Positions 1-11,956 of a stretch of 34,986 bases of DNA are shown here, piece after piece. The notes below the pieces were generated by a model. That model was not told the DNA's origin. It made no database searches and worked only from the letters and a program-made list of their open reading frames with translations. This DNA is from Bipalium vagum (lineage: Eukaryota): the NCBI GenBank assembly GCA_037834085.1, contig JBBMKC010212813.1:1-34986 (forward strand). The letters are read 5' to 3'. Numbering within the stretch: position 1 is the first letter of the stretch; every line of letters begins with the position of its first letter. A program made the position numbers and the translations under genes.

Positions 1-47
1 ATATGTATAATAAGATGTTAGACATTCAAATTGCTTAATAATGTCTT

Positions 48-75
48 TGTCCCAATTAATTCGAACACTACTGTA
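48..75. mobile_element. Terminal inverted repeat (right end) of a Tc1-like DNA transposon that extends off the left edge
   Basis: TGTCCCAATTAATTCGAACACTACTG followed by TA. The reverse complement TA-CAGTAGTGTTCGAATTAATTGGGACA fits the Tc1-type CAGT... TIR with a TA target site. No partner TIR is in the window. Confidence 0.55.
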
Positions 76-329
76 TTATCTTTTAATTTTTTCATAACTT
101 TTCTAGATTTCATTTTACCTTTTCAAAACCAAATTTAGATATTTTGAAAACGTAATTAAAGAACTGGGTTAATTTATTTAATATTACAATGCTTAAGTAA
201 TATTTTTATTACAGAAGTTTTTAATCTCAAACAAAACATCAAAAAAAAATAATTAGTTGCCTGACACAATAATTTACAATCTTTTAAGTTTCTGAATGTA
301 GTCAGATCTATTGTGTATATTGTACAAAA

Positions 330-1092
330 TATATTTTAGAATCTGATGAAAACGTAAAAGGTCTTTAATCAAGGATGTAACCGCTTGTAATCTGGAGACA
401 TCAATGCGAAACATGGCCAACCAAATTTCAGTTTCTGCATCAACAATTAAATTTTAAAAAGTAATTTAAAAATAAAATACGTCATGAAAAGACGCCAATT
501 TAAATCACATAGAATCTTAGTAAGTCACTTTTGTCGATTGGAATCTGTTGAACAAAATTAAGCATCCATATTATTCAGACATTGTGTAGTTCTTTTCCAA
601 TGAAAAGAATTTTACTTAGAATTAAAAAGCTGTTAAAAGTAAAGATAGACGAATTTGTTCTAGCCCTTCTCAATTTGAAATTGTTATACACACCAAATTT
701 TCATAATCTAAATTTATCATGAGTGCTATGAGAAATTAATGTTTTGTTATGTCTCCTCACTTCTATACAGGGACTTAAAAATAATATTTTCCATTAAATC
801 AGTGCTCTGGAAACATAGATGTTCCAGCAGGACTCAATTCCCTGAGATTCATCAGTAGAAACACATAAATGATTAAGGGACAATTTTGCAAAACCATGTC
901 ACTCCATATTTATGGCCACCTGACTCACAAGGCCTTAATCCATTGGACTATTTCGTTAAGATGGAAATTATTAGACAACCTCTTAACACCAATGACTCGA
1001 TTCGGTTCATTATAAAGGAGAACCGAACCAGTAATACCATTGTTAGTGGTCTATCTTTGAAGATGAAAAAATTAAAATTTATTAGTGACTAA
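330..1092 (+). mobile_element. Decayed maT (DD37D, Bmmar1-like) Tc1/mariner transposase remnant
   Basis: Motifs appear in order across shifting frames: FFSNEKNF (~590, first-D motif), VMSPHF (~746), FQQDS (822, second D at 831) and WPPDSQGLNPLDY (ORF 886-1092, third D at 946). The D-D distance of 115 nt equals 37 intervening codons plus a 1-nt frameshift. Ends are approximate. Confidence 0.8.
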
Positions 1093-1319
1093 TATAAACT
1101 GAGACGATTTATAAATTTATATTTAAAATATGATAAATGCTTAGATTCTTTAGACAAATAAGTGTGATATAAATATAAACTAAATTGAATTGTTGTACGT
1201 TCTATCATATAATATTAGCTTGTAATGTTCGAAATTTTATTTAAAAAATAAATTTAAAGATTATTTTGAACACTTTAAGGTTTAATATGGTTTTTGAAAT
1301 TTTCTTTACTATATTAATT

Positions 1320-1570
1320 TAATTAATATTTTTATCATTATATGAAATCGAATCAGAAAATTTGAGATATTTTTAGATGAAAGTTGAAGAAACTTATATT
1401 TGTCATTGTCTATTTTGAGTATCAACTGTTTTGAATGTCTTTGAAAAAATACCATCTGTCTATCCAGATTCAGATTACAATGCCAAAAATGGTTACGAAT
1501 TTTAAGAGACAGGACTATGATCAATTGAAAAATAAAAGAGGAAATTTCACAAATTTTGATGACGATGCCT
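1320..1570 (-). mobile_element. Possible L1/Tx1-type LINE remnant (end of the APE endonuclease domain)
   Basis: The minus strand reads VIKICEISSF..DHSPVS..FWHCN with frameshifts. This resembles the SDHxxV..YWHFN end of L1/Tx1 endonucleases. Short and degenerate. Confidence 0.4.
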
Positions 1571-2889
1571 TTTTGGCTGTTATAAAAAACAGTTAAAACT
1601 TACAGCATGGTAATAGAGATGCATAAAAGTCTCTGACACAATCATTGCCACTCATTTTCGCCAATTAACAAACCAAATAAACAAAAGTCATGGGTTGCCC
1701 ATTGCTTGAGTGAAAGCAGCAAACAGAACAGGTTGCTCATTTGCTTTTATTATCTCTCCACATTCAAGAAAGAAAACATTTTAGAGTTGTGGCGTGTGAT
1801 AAAAGTATGTGTGATACGTTAATATCAAAATAACGAAGCATTAGATAATACCCTGGTCAAAATACAATGCTTCCCGCTATAGTAGAACTTCATCGCGTCA
1901 GATAATAATATCTATTTTGTGGGATTATTAGAGTTTAATATATTTAAAGTTATTTTCAAAAATTATATATATCAAAGTAAACATATACTGTAATCAAAAG
2001 GGAAACCCCAAGCTGGATTGAAAAATCTAAGACCAAAATTGATAAAAAAAAGAATTTCGTTATGCAGCATGATGCTCTTCATAAGTGACACCGTAATAAA
2101 TTAGGGATTTAGAATGATTATTTTTTCTGATCCTGTATTTGTGATTTATAGGAATATAGGTCGTTTTAACAAAATTTTAATTTCATTTTCAAATATCAAA
2201 ATCTCTGAATAATTTAGAATTATTTTGATTTTAATGGGTAATTTTATTTAATCAATATAAACTATTTAACAGATATTTCTAAATGAAATCAATATTTATT
2301 CATATCACAAAATTTTATTATTTAAAAGTATCAACTTTTATATTTCATTTTTAATTATTTTTTGTAACTTAAATCCTTGAAAAGTATTTTGGGCTTCAAA
2401 TTTTGCATAATTGATTCATCCGGAAAAAAATTATTCAAGAATATTTTAAAATTAAATTATTTCACTGAATACAAAAAATTTATTTCGTCGATAATTATTC
2501 TCTCTAAATATAGTACAATTTTTTTCTGATTTAAATTTTTTTGCTAATTATATTAAAAATGTCAATTTATATCTTAATTAAATAACTTTACAAAATTGTG
2601 TGTATATTTATGCAGTTTTAATATAATTTTAGAGCTGTCCATCTATTTTGTAACAGTTATTGTTAATACTACGGTTTAAGTTTAGATTAAATCGTATTAT
2701 AAGAATAAATTATTTGAACATTTATAACTATAAAAAATATTTCAAATAATAGATCAAGATTTATTAAAAAGTGTTATTTATTTGATAATTTTAAACTAAC
2801 TTGACTCCGTACACTATCAGTTGGTGTAATCAACAAAGATAAGTAAACCAATAACGTGTATTCATTTTACTATATAATAGTGGTACATA

Positions 2890-3040
2890 TAGACTAATAA
2901 TGATATCTGAATTCAGATATTCAATAAAATGTCCAGATAACAATGATATTGAACACAAGGTTGTCAACTGAATAACCAGATAGCAATAATTTCAATTATC
3001 AAGTTGTTGATCATCTGTTAAGATAACGATGATGACGATT
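2890..3040. repeat. Degenerate ~43-45 bp tandem repeat containing a perfect 18-bp palindrome
   Basis: Units start CCAGATAAC (2933), CCAGATAGC (2976) and AGATAACG (~3021). ATATCTGAATTCAGATAT (2903-2920) is self-complementary. Confidence 0.45.
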
Positions 3041-3044
3041 AATA

Positions 3045-4197
3045 TTGAGTTGAATAAAAATTCTGTTCATAATATAAAGAAAAATTCAATTTTTTATTAT
3101 TATAAGTAATGGTATTCAATAATATATTAACCATTTAAATCAACGAATCCCATCCTTCCTGCATTTCCCTGGTTTTATACCTATAGAATTTTCTCAGTGC
3201 TTTTGACAATCATCAAAAGAACAGAAATTTTTTCCATTACAAATATTCTGTAATGACCAGAATAAATAAAAATCTGATGATACCAAGTCTGGTGAGTAAT
3301 CTGGATAGGACAAAACATCTCAGCCATATTGCAATAACTTTTGTCGGGTCTGTAAAAGAGCATGCCTCGCATTTTCTTGTTAAAAGATTAAAACATCTTT
3401 ATTGCTCAATCCCCGTAGTTTTCCTTTAATTACTGCCTTCAGATTATCGAGCACGGTACAGTACCCAATGAAATGGATTGTTTCATTTTGTTTAATCAAC
3501 TCATTATACATGATTTCTTTCCAATCCAAACAAATAAGGTATTTCTTCTTCACTGTTGTAGTTTGTAGGCGTTTTTCATCATTTTTTCATCACCCGTCAT
3601 TATTTTGAGAAATGAACTTTCCAAATTTCTTTCGAGCAATGAATTGCATATTGATATTCGTCGATTAAATTGTTTTCTTTTAAATGCTGCGGCACCCAAA
3701 TATCGTAACCCATCTTAAGTAAATGGTTTTAAATGAGCTTTTTAGATACATTGATAATACCAAGAATGTCACGGATTTTACACTTGTGGTTTTCCTTAAT
3801 TAAACCTTTGATATATTCACTCTGCAAACAATGGTCTTCTTGAGTGCTCAGCATCTTCACACGTTGTAATCACTGGCCCGAAACTTTTTAAACCAACTCT
3901 GACATGTGAACTCATTCATTTCACTTCTCAAATACACAAATTTTCTTTTTGATCTGCGTTGCATTTTTTCCCTTTAATAAAATAACATCAACCAACGAAA
4001 ATATTGATTATTACCGTGCAGGCTTTTTCTATAATTTAAACTCTTAATAATATTTTTTAAAGAATAACGTACTTACAGTGAACACAACAGTTTGAGTATT
4101 GAAACAAATATATTTCTTATCGTTAAATAATTTAAACTTATAATATTTTTCGTAATCAAGTCAATACAGAATAAGGATAACTTTTTACTCAACCCAA
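3045..4197 (-). mobile_element. Near full-length decayed mariner (DD34D) element with both TIRs
   Basis: TIRs TTGAGTTGAATAAAAA (3045) and revcomp TTGGGTTGAGTAAAAA (ending 4197) match at 14/16, each flanked by TA. Minus-strand motifs: WFKKFRAS..EDAEHSRRP, IWVPQHL (~3681-3700), MTGDEK, QENAR, YPDYSPDLVSSDFYLF (~3260-3310) and VDLNG.YIIE. Many stops and frameshifts. Confidence 0.9.
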
Positions 4198-4312
4198 TAA
4201 TGTCGCAATCAAATATTAAATTGTCAATTACATAGTGATAGTTAATGATAATAAAAACATAATTAAAAATACCTTAAAATTTAGAGGACAACAACAACAA
4301 AATATAAACAAA

Positions 4313-5577
4313 GAAAAGTAGTAGCTCACACTTTAAGCCACAATAATCTTTACAATTATTAAATTATTGATTTGAAATTTTTATATTCTAATAGAAGATT
4401 AAGTAAGCTTTAATTTCATATATAACACGTTATATTTTTTGGTAGAGATAAGCGTTAATTTTTAGCAAATTTGAGTCAACCAAGAAAATAATAGAAATCG
4501 TAAATTGAAAATTGATTATTTTTGCCGAAGATGTGCCAAGAGATCGATAGAAGGCATATTAAAGTGATTTATAGATAAAGATCGTATAGAATTTATAAAG
4601 AAATCTGGTCGTCCATAAGAAATAAATACTAAAGGAAACCAAAAGAGGGTAAGAGCCTCATTCATAAATAATCTGTCAAAATCGGTTCACAACGCTGGTT
4701 AAAAATTGGATATTCATAATAGTAGTGTTCACAGAATAAATCAGACAGTCGGTATGAAAAGATACACTAAAATGAAGAAATCATAGTATATCAAAAATCA
4801 AGAATTAAGTGTACGAAAAGGGAACAAGTATATTTACAATAAAGTAGTACCATCAGGTGGAAATTATATTTCTATCATGGATAATGAGTCTTACGTACCA
4901 GTAGATCCAAGTAGTAAAGAATTTTACTCAAAAATACCTGGAGTGCAGTTGCATGCATCTCAAAAGGTTATTAAAAAAGAAAAATATTATAAAAGTTTTT
5001 AATCTAGCAAGCAATTTCTTCCTAGGGAATAATAAGCTTGCTTTACATTCAGGAAGGTACAATGAAAAGCGATATTTATTTAAAAGAATGTAGTAGGAAA
5101 AGATTAGTTCTCTTTATGAAATCTATTGATGCCGAATATGTCTACTTTTGGCCAGATTTGGCAACCATACATTTTTCAAAAGATGTATTGGAGGATTTAG
5201 AGAAAAATAATATCAAATATGTACCAAAACAAAAATATCTTCCTAAATTACCTCAAGCGCGTCCTATCGAAAAATTTTGAAGATTGACTAAAGAGAATTT
5301 AAGCAAAGTATTAAGAAACAATATAATCTTAAAATTTTCAAAAAAATTGGTCTAGAATATTAAAGAGAGTGGCTCAAAATCATGGAAAATCACTATTTAA
5401 CAATTGGACAAAGAAACTAGTCCAGATTTATAATAAAGGTGTTTATCATGTACAGTTAATAAATCAGTTTGTACATCTTTTCTTCATTTTTCATATAAAA
5501 TACAAAAATTTAAAATATTATTTATGGTTTTAAAAATATTGTTGTTCAAAGTTCGTGCTACTGCTTTTGAAATACAT
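4313..5577 (+). mobile_element. Decayed DD37E (ITmD37E-like) IS630-Tc1-mariner element
   Basis: IMDNESY at ~4874. ORF 5038-5280 has FWPD-LATIHFSKDVLEDLEKNNIKYVPKQKYLPKLPQARPI-E, exactly 37 residues between D and E. Inverted repeats GAAAAGTAGTAGCTCACACTTT (4313-4334) and revcomp of 5548-5569 match at 17/22. Length ~1.27 kb. Confidence 0.88.
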
Positions 5578-5599
5578 TATTGATTTCATCACTCTTTTC

Positions 5600-5770
5600 C
5601 TTCATAAATCCCGGACTATTAGTTGAGTTCCAAAAAGTTCAGTCAAAAACAGTTTTCTTATGATGAATCTGAACATAAAACGGTGGCATGAAACTCTGGG
5701 GTGAATTTTGGAGAAATGTCTTTCATTAAATACTAAATTTTTGTAGTCCGTGAGCTACTTGATTTTAGTA
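5600..5770 (+). mobile_element. Possible short mariner-derived deletion fragment or MITE
   Basis: Inverted CGGACTA (5612-5618) / TAGTCCG (5744-5750) resembles mariner TIR cores. An internal KRWHE-like segment resembles the mariner C-terminal RW..C.....G motif. Confidence 0.3.
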
Positions 5771-6980
5771 ATATTCCCTTGATTGGAGTTTATACTCCGT
5801 AATTACACTTTACTTACAAATTGAAGTTACAATTTATTTTTAAGAATACTTGAAAGTATTTTGGATTTTCTAAAACACTCCAAACATATTAAAAAAATTT
5901 CCTGTGTAAGCTTTTTAAAATCTTTTAATATTTTAAGTTTGTTTTAAATATAAAAATTTCAAGTGTTCTAATTAAAATTAATTAATATTTTTTGGCTTTT
6001 ATTATAATTATAATAATTATTATTAATTTTTTTTAGGTATATTATTATTTTATTATGAGTTCCTGGACCCCTTTGGTCAAACCCAACACAAGTGATCAAA
6101 ATTTTAAAAACATATATATGTGGGAATCCAAAAGATAAAAGGTGGAATAATCAAAGTCACCCCAAAGCAAGTCGCCGGCTAATCAATCAACACAAATAAA
6201 ATCAGTGATATTATTAAAAACATTTTTTAACAATTTACTTTGTATTTTTCATTATCAAATAAATTCATTTTACTTACTTTAATATTTGAATATTTAATAA
6301 TTTTTTTAATTAATATAAAATGAGAAGTAATTAATCATAATAATTATTTTAATAATAAGAGTATTGTTAAAACAATAATAAATGATGGTGAAAAATTCTG
6401 AATTTGAGAAAAACTTGTAATGAAAACCTAACACCACTTACAATGCAATTGAGAGAAAAACAATAAGAATAAAAAAAAATTAAAAATAAAATTAATTATA
6501 ATTAAAAATAAAATAATTTTAAAATATTATATGAAATTTAATGGTAAATTATATACGACTCAAATGGTAAAAAATAAACATTAAAAGATAACAATAATTC
6601 CAGTGTCACTTTTTTTCATAAAAATAAAAAGAAATAAATAAATAATAAATCAAAATATTATAAAAAATATTAAATAAAAAATTTTTTACTAAAATGATGA
6701 AAATCCAAATTCATTTGGTCAAGAAAATATAATTCCAAAATGTAATTTGTCATTTATGGAAAAAGTTACATGCAAAATGAACATAAAACACAATACTAAT
6801 GTTACTACTTAAACTTTTAAGGTAACACCTTAGTTCACTTTTAAATCCGTTTCATATTTATTATCCAGTGTTACAAAAATTAGTGCAAACAACGCAACAT
6901 TTATTAATATAACAAACACCGTACAATTGTTGTGGACAAACTCCAATTGATCAAATATGAAATCTTATAAAAAAGAATAG

Positions 6981-7943
6981 TTAACCCATTTCACTCCAGA
7001 ATTCAAAAGGATAAAGAAATTTGATTTACTTAGTGTATAATAGTTGATCTATGTATATAATATGACCTATTAAGACTATGTATAAGTTTCATAAATATTA
7101 AAAAAACATTTACTGTGATTTTAGGACTAATCCCGTTTGGGGATCATGAAATTCAGGCGTATTACTTATAAATTGTTATATTCAAATTAGAAAACATTTA
7201 TTCAAAACTTTATCATAATCATTTCATTACAATTAGAAAATTACCCCGCAAAAATCAAATATTTTAGTTAATATTAGTTAGATTAACCTCAAACCACCTC
7301 AAAACATTGAACATGAAATCCAAAGTACATTGTCCACACTGCTTTCTGGCATTCTTCTTGCATACCTTGCATTTTCTTTGTTTCTCATCTTTCGGTTCAT
7401 CCTACAAAATGTTTTTCTCCAGCAAGATTGAGTGGCTGTGGCAATCTCGGGACCTTGACATCAGGCTTCATGGGCTTCGAATTGATGTTAGTCTTCAGCA
7501 GTGCTGTTGTTATGTATTCAACATGCCAAAAAATGAATAAGATAAGATAGAGAGAATAAATACATGCACTATGATAAATATATATATTTACTTTATATTT
7601 GATAGGCATGTTGAAATTTACAAATAAAGCAAAAAAAATCTTACCTTTGAAGTTATAAACTCGAAAATTAGAAAATAGTATAAATTTGAGATGAAATTTA
7701 GAAGAAAAAAGTATGCAAAAATAAGTCTATCAATGCGGAATTAAAATCTGTCTCTGCAGTGATTTAAATAAACTTATATTTCGTAAAATCTTCAAATAAA
7801 ATGTACAATTCACTCTAAAGATCCTAACTAAAATGAGATTTATGGAATGAAATTAGTTAATGATCATATCGATAACAACCTTCAAAATTAGTTGATCACT
7901 ACGAAACAAAAAAATAAAATCAATCATGCAGTTCAATGGTTAA
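6981..7943 (-). mobile_element. Internally deleted piggyBac-like (PGBD3-type) element
   Basis: TTAA-CCCATTTCACTCCA at 6981 and TGCAGTTCAATGG-TTAA ending 7943 form an imperfect inverted pair with TTAA sites. The minus strand retains the transposase C-terminus: YITTALLK...HFV, then the cysteine-rich domain QRKCKVCKKNARKQCGQC..GFHVQCFE (~7299-7380). Palindrome ATCCCGTTTGGGGAT at 7130-7144. Confidence 0.75.
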
Positions 7944-8057
7944 ATGACAAGTAGAAAAGTTAATTGTTAAATTGATAATCAAATTCGAAATTAGTTAATA
8001 AACATAAAAACTTTAAAAAAACTCACAAACTCGAGATTGAGCTAATCTAAGGGTATG

Positions 8058-8412
8058 TTAAACAACTTGCGGTCGTCTAAGAACTAAGACCTTATATCAT
8101 GTTAAATCATTTTCATAAAATTATGTGGAAATAATTTCTTCTTCAATAATATTTCAATTTTCGTGCACTTATAATTTTTTTATTTTTCCTGTTATAGGAA
8201 TCTGGTCATTGACTGATACTTCAAGAATAATCTTCCTCTATTACCATTGAAAATACTTTTATTACTGTTGAAATTCTCTGATTGATACTATAACCTATAC
8301 TCCATAAAGCCACCACTCATATTTTTAATAGTAGTGTTAAGATCCTAAAAAAAGGAGATGTAAATGAGTGGAGCTTATTGTGATTTAAGTCTTAACGACG
8401 AAGGTTGCTTAA
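8058..8412. mobile_element. Possible TTAA-flanked non-autonomous element (MITE-like)
   Basis: TTAAACAACTTGCGGTCGTCTAAGAACTAA (8058-8087) is imperfectly inverted with TTAAGTCTTAACGACGAAGGTTGCTTAA (8385-8412). TTAA occurs at both outer ends. Confidence 0.35.
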
Positions 8413-9499
8413 TTGAGTGTTCGTTATTATTACTTAAAATTCTTGAGAAAACGAATTGATTTTTAAAAATTTTGTTATTATTAAAATAAAGTATTAATTT
8501 ACAATATAGTGATATCGTCCCTCATTGATTTATTAGGTTATTAATTAGAATTATTATTATTATGAAAAATCCTCTCACACTTAGGCTCAGAGGTCCTCAG
8601 CAAAGAAAAACACGCCTTACTTAGCGTGTAAAATTAAAAAAATAAAAAGAAAAGGTGTAAGAAATAGAAATTTAAAAAATTATATAATCATCAGATCCTG
8701 GTCTGAGTATTTATTTATTTAGTATGAACAAATTGTGTTTTGTCTAACAAGACACGCCTGTTTTAATTAGGATATATATCAAAAATGAAATCAAATATTA
8801 AATTATAAATCAAATCGAATTTATTTAATTTATATATAATCGATAGAAAAGTTATTAGTCTTGTTGACACTGAGGTCACAAGCTAGTGATTAGATTATTG
8901 GATAGGAATACAAAAAATAATAATTATAACTTTTTTACACTTAGTGCAACAAGTTTATTTATTTAAATATAAATTAGGATGAATTATGTTTTCAAAATGC
9001 ATACACTGGAAATCTGATTATTTTTTTAAAACATTTTTCTGACGTTTATATATATATCGCCGTTTAGTAAGTAGATTACTGTTGTTGCACTTGTGTAGGT
9101 TTTAGTTGACCACACTGCTAATTTCTGAAGCTTTAGTTGACAACTCGGCTGAATTTTAGACTTCTGAACAATAATCGCTATTTTTTATTCTTGGATTTCA
9201 ACTTTAATTTTTGATAATATAAAGTTTATTTTATTTCTGACTTCCTACGTTCTTATTCTCCTTTTATACTACCATTTCTGCCTGATTTTCCAAAAACAGC
9301 AACTTTCTTGTTTCCTCCAATAATTTTCTTATCTGTCTTCTTACTATTTAAAGTTTTATTTGTTATTCTTTCTTTTTTATATTATAAAAATTTCTAAAAT
9401 TATGACATAATATTATTGTCATCGGATCACAAATGTTAAAGAATTGTTGTTATTGTGGGGACTCCCAGGCCAACAAATTATAGATAAAAAAAATGAACC

Positions 9500-10253
9500 T
9501 TTATATGATTTGGAAATGATTGAAATATCTTATACTTTTAATAAAAGATTAAAATTAAACAGAAATGTTTTACTATTTAAAAAATATGAAATTTTTAAAT
9601 TTCTAGAAAATCTAGAAGAAAGTGGAAGTAAGATTGATTTTAAATAAATACGGAGAAAATTGGAATTAAAGCTCCAACGTTATGTGATTTAATAAAGCCA
9701 TAATAACAGGTGTTATTAAAATAATAGTGTCAACATGAATTAAAAGCTAAAAATCTAAACAAAGTAGAGGAAAGTGGAACATTTCAAACCAATGAAGTCG
9801 AGGATCTTTTTAATCAATTAAATGAGATAAAAATATTAATTTAAAATTTAAAGACTTTATTGAAATAGATGAGAATTTTCAAACTAGTGCTGAACTATCA
9901 ATTTCGGAGATTGTGGATTTATTTTACAGAAATCCAAGTGAAGAAGATGTGGAAAATGAAAATGATAAATTAGATCAGGTAGTTGAGAAGCCAACATAAC
10001 CAAGAAGCTTTATTGGCCTTAGAAATCATTCAAAAATATTTGCAATTTAACAATTATTTTAAAAAAAATTAATTCTGATAAGATATTGGATCTAACAAAC
10101 GATCTAGAAAAAATCGATAAAGCAGACCAGACAAACATCTATGCTATTATTTATTATTAAATGTTTGGATTTTTTATTTTTAAAATTAAATTCGTCTAAT
10201 CCGAATGTTTTTTTCTGGTCCCGAGGAATTCGGATTAGGCGAACTCTACTGTA
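9500..10253 (+). mobile_element. 3' half of a decayed pogo/Tigger-like transposon
   Basis: FNKRLKLNRNVLLF lies just before the LLxLDN catalytic motif. An acidic TIGD-like C-terminus follows (FKDFIEIDENFQTSAELSISEIV..SEEDVENENDK). The end is TTCGGATTAGGCGAACTCTACTG-TA (to 10253), with a subterminal inverted copy TTCGTCTAATCCGAA (10191-10205), typical of pogo ends. Confidence 0.75.
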
Positions 10254-10739
10254 TATTGGAATTATTATTAAAATTATTAAACAATTCCAGCCCATTTAGA
10301 GGCCTTGTAATTCGAAGGATAAGGGGATGTCTTTGGCCAACCTAAAAATTTTGTGCTTTTCATGTCAGTAATGAAATCGTTATTACTTTATTACATTACT
10401 TGACATTGATTTGATTTTATTCCTATAATTATTTTATTGTGATCAAATCCTTGTTCATTACGAATACGTTTTCGCTTTGTTGTGAAATATTGATTAAATG
10501 AGATTATTTTGATTCATTAAGGGCTATTGGAAGTAAAGTGTATTTTGGTTATTTCGATTCACGAACACGATAATAACTAAACGAGTAGTTAGAGAAATAA
10601 CGAGCATAAAGTTACACATTGAGTGTAAAAGAAACAAATCATTGAAAAAATAAAAAAACAAAATATATTATTGGTCTATAACCATCGATTTAAAAAGACC
10701 AACCACTTCTCCTTTGTATATAATAATAACATTAATAAA

Positions 10740-11050
10740 TATGAATTATACCTAATAAATTATATGGGAAAGAGAAATTGTACCTAAATTTTGACAAACT
10801 TGTAGAATGTGAAAATTATATATTACGTAGATTAGTACCTAAGTTCATTAGAGCCAGCTTAATGTGATTTGAAAGAATGTCGAACTATAGAAGCAAAATT
10901 TAAACCGAGAAATCGTGAATAAAGCTTTCTATGTTTACTTATTAATAGAAGCATAGCTCCAAGAAAAGCATCAACAGAGACTAAGACTGACAACCTGATT
11001 AAATAGAATATAATTAACCAAAAATACTTAAAATAAATATTTATTAATAA
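10740..11050 (+). mobile_element. Possible RTE-like LINE 3' remnant
   Basis: IIPNKLYGKE and KFIRASLM*FERM loosely match the RTE post-RT motifs (P.LLYG.E.W; RLxWxGHVxRM), followed by an A/T-rich tail. Confidence 0.25.
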
Positions 11051-11956
11051 ATATTATTTGGTCAGAAATGAATCTCGGTATTCACTGAAATTTCCATTTC
11101 ACACTGATACATAACGGTTTCTATGTGAATAATATTTATTATTAAACTTATTGGTATTATGAATCAAATTATTTATTTATTACTCTTAAGGAATGTTAGA
11201 TATTGAGAATGACGGGTCAGTGTTATGGACTCAAATTTCTAATTATCTTAGAGAAAGTAAACATTGGTGTCAATGAAAATAATTTCAAAGTTGAAATTAC
11301 CAAGTTCATATTTTTCTAAAATAGAAAACTATTATTGAACCTGTTGAAAAACGAAAATTATTTACTTTTATATGAAATAGAGCCTAAGGTAAAGTAAAAT
11401 TTGTCTACATTTTAATGCCAGATATTTTTGTGGAATAATTTGTTACAAAAATTAATATTTTCATGATTCTCCAGATCGTTTGTTTTTATGGAATAAATTG
11501 TAAACAATATTAATATTTTTCCGTGAATTTGAATTTGGTTTGTTAAAAGGCATAAAATTCCTCATTGACAATTAAAATTTTCTTATATAATTTCTGTAAC
11601 ACAATCATTTTCATAGTTATATATTATGATAATAATTTATGGTTTGATGAAATAAAAAATTATGTTGATAACAAACTTCAAAATATTCAATTTCTTCAAC
11701 CAAGTCACGATTTTAAATGATAAAACTGAAAAAGTTAAATTTCATCGACCATAAATTTCACAGGATATTGACATATTCAAAAATCCGATATTTTAAAAAA
11801 TTGGGTTAAGGAAAAAATAAAAAAACTAAAAAATTAAAATATCAAATAATGAAATATAAATATTACAAAATTAACTATACATAAGAGATCAGTATAATGA
11901 TTTTATGTTAATATGCCTACAACTCCTACAACACACAACACACATGAAATTTTTCC

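Noticed and set aside
2890-3040. CRISPR-like repeat array
   Set aside because: Eukaryotic context, degenerate units and no cas genes.
8610-8629. Hairpin ACACGC-N8-GCGTGT as a Helitron 3' end or terminator
   Set aside because: No downstream CTRR, and a 6-bp stem is expected by chance in 35 kb.
9180-9380. Minus-strand KKERITI resembling the pogo KERIT motif
   Set aside because: It is in the opposite orientation to the pogo remnant, sits in low-complexity purine-rich sequence, and has no supporting motifs.
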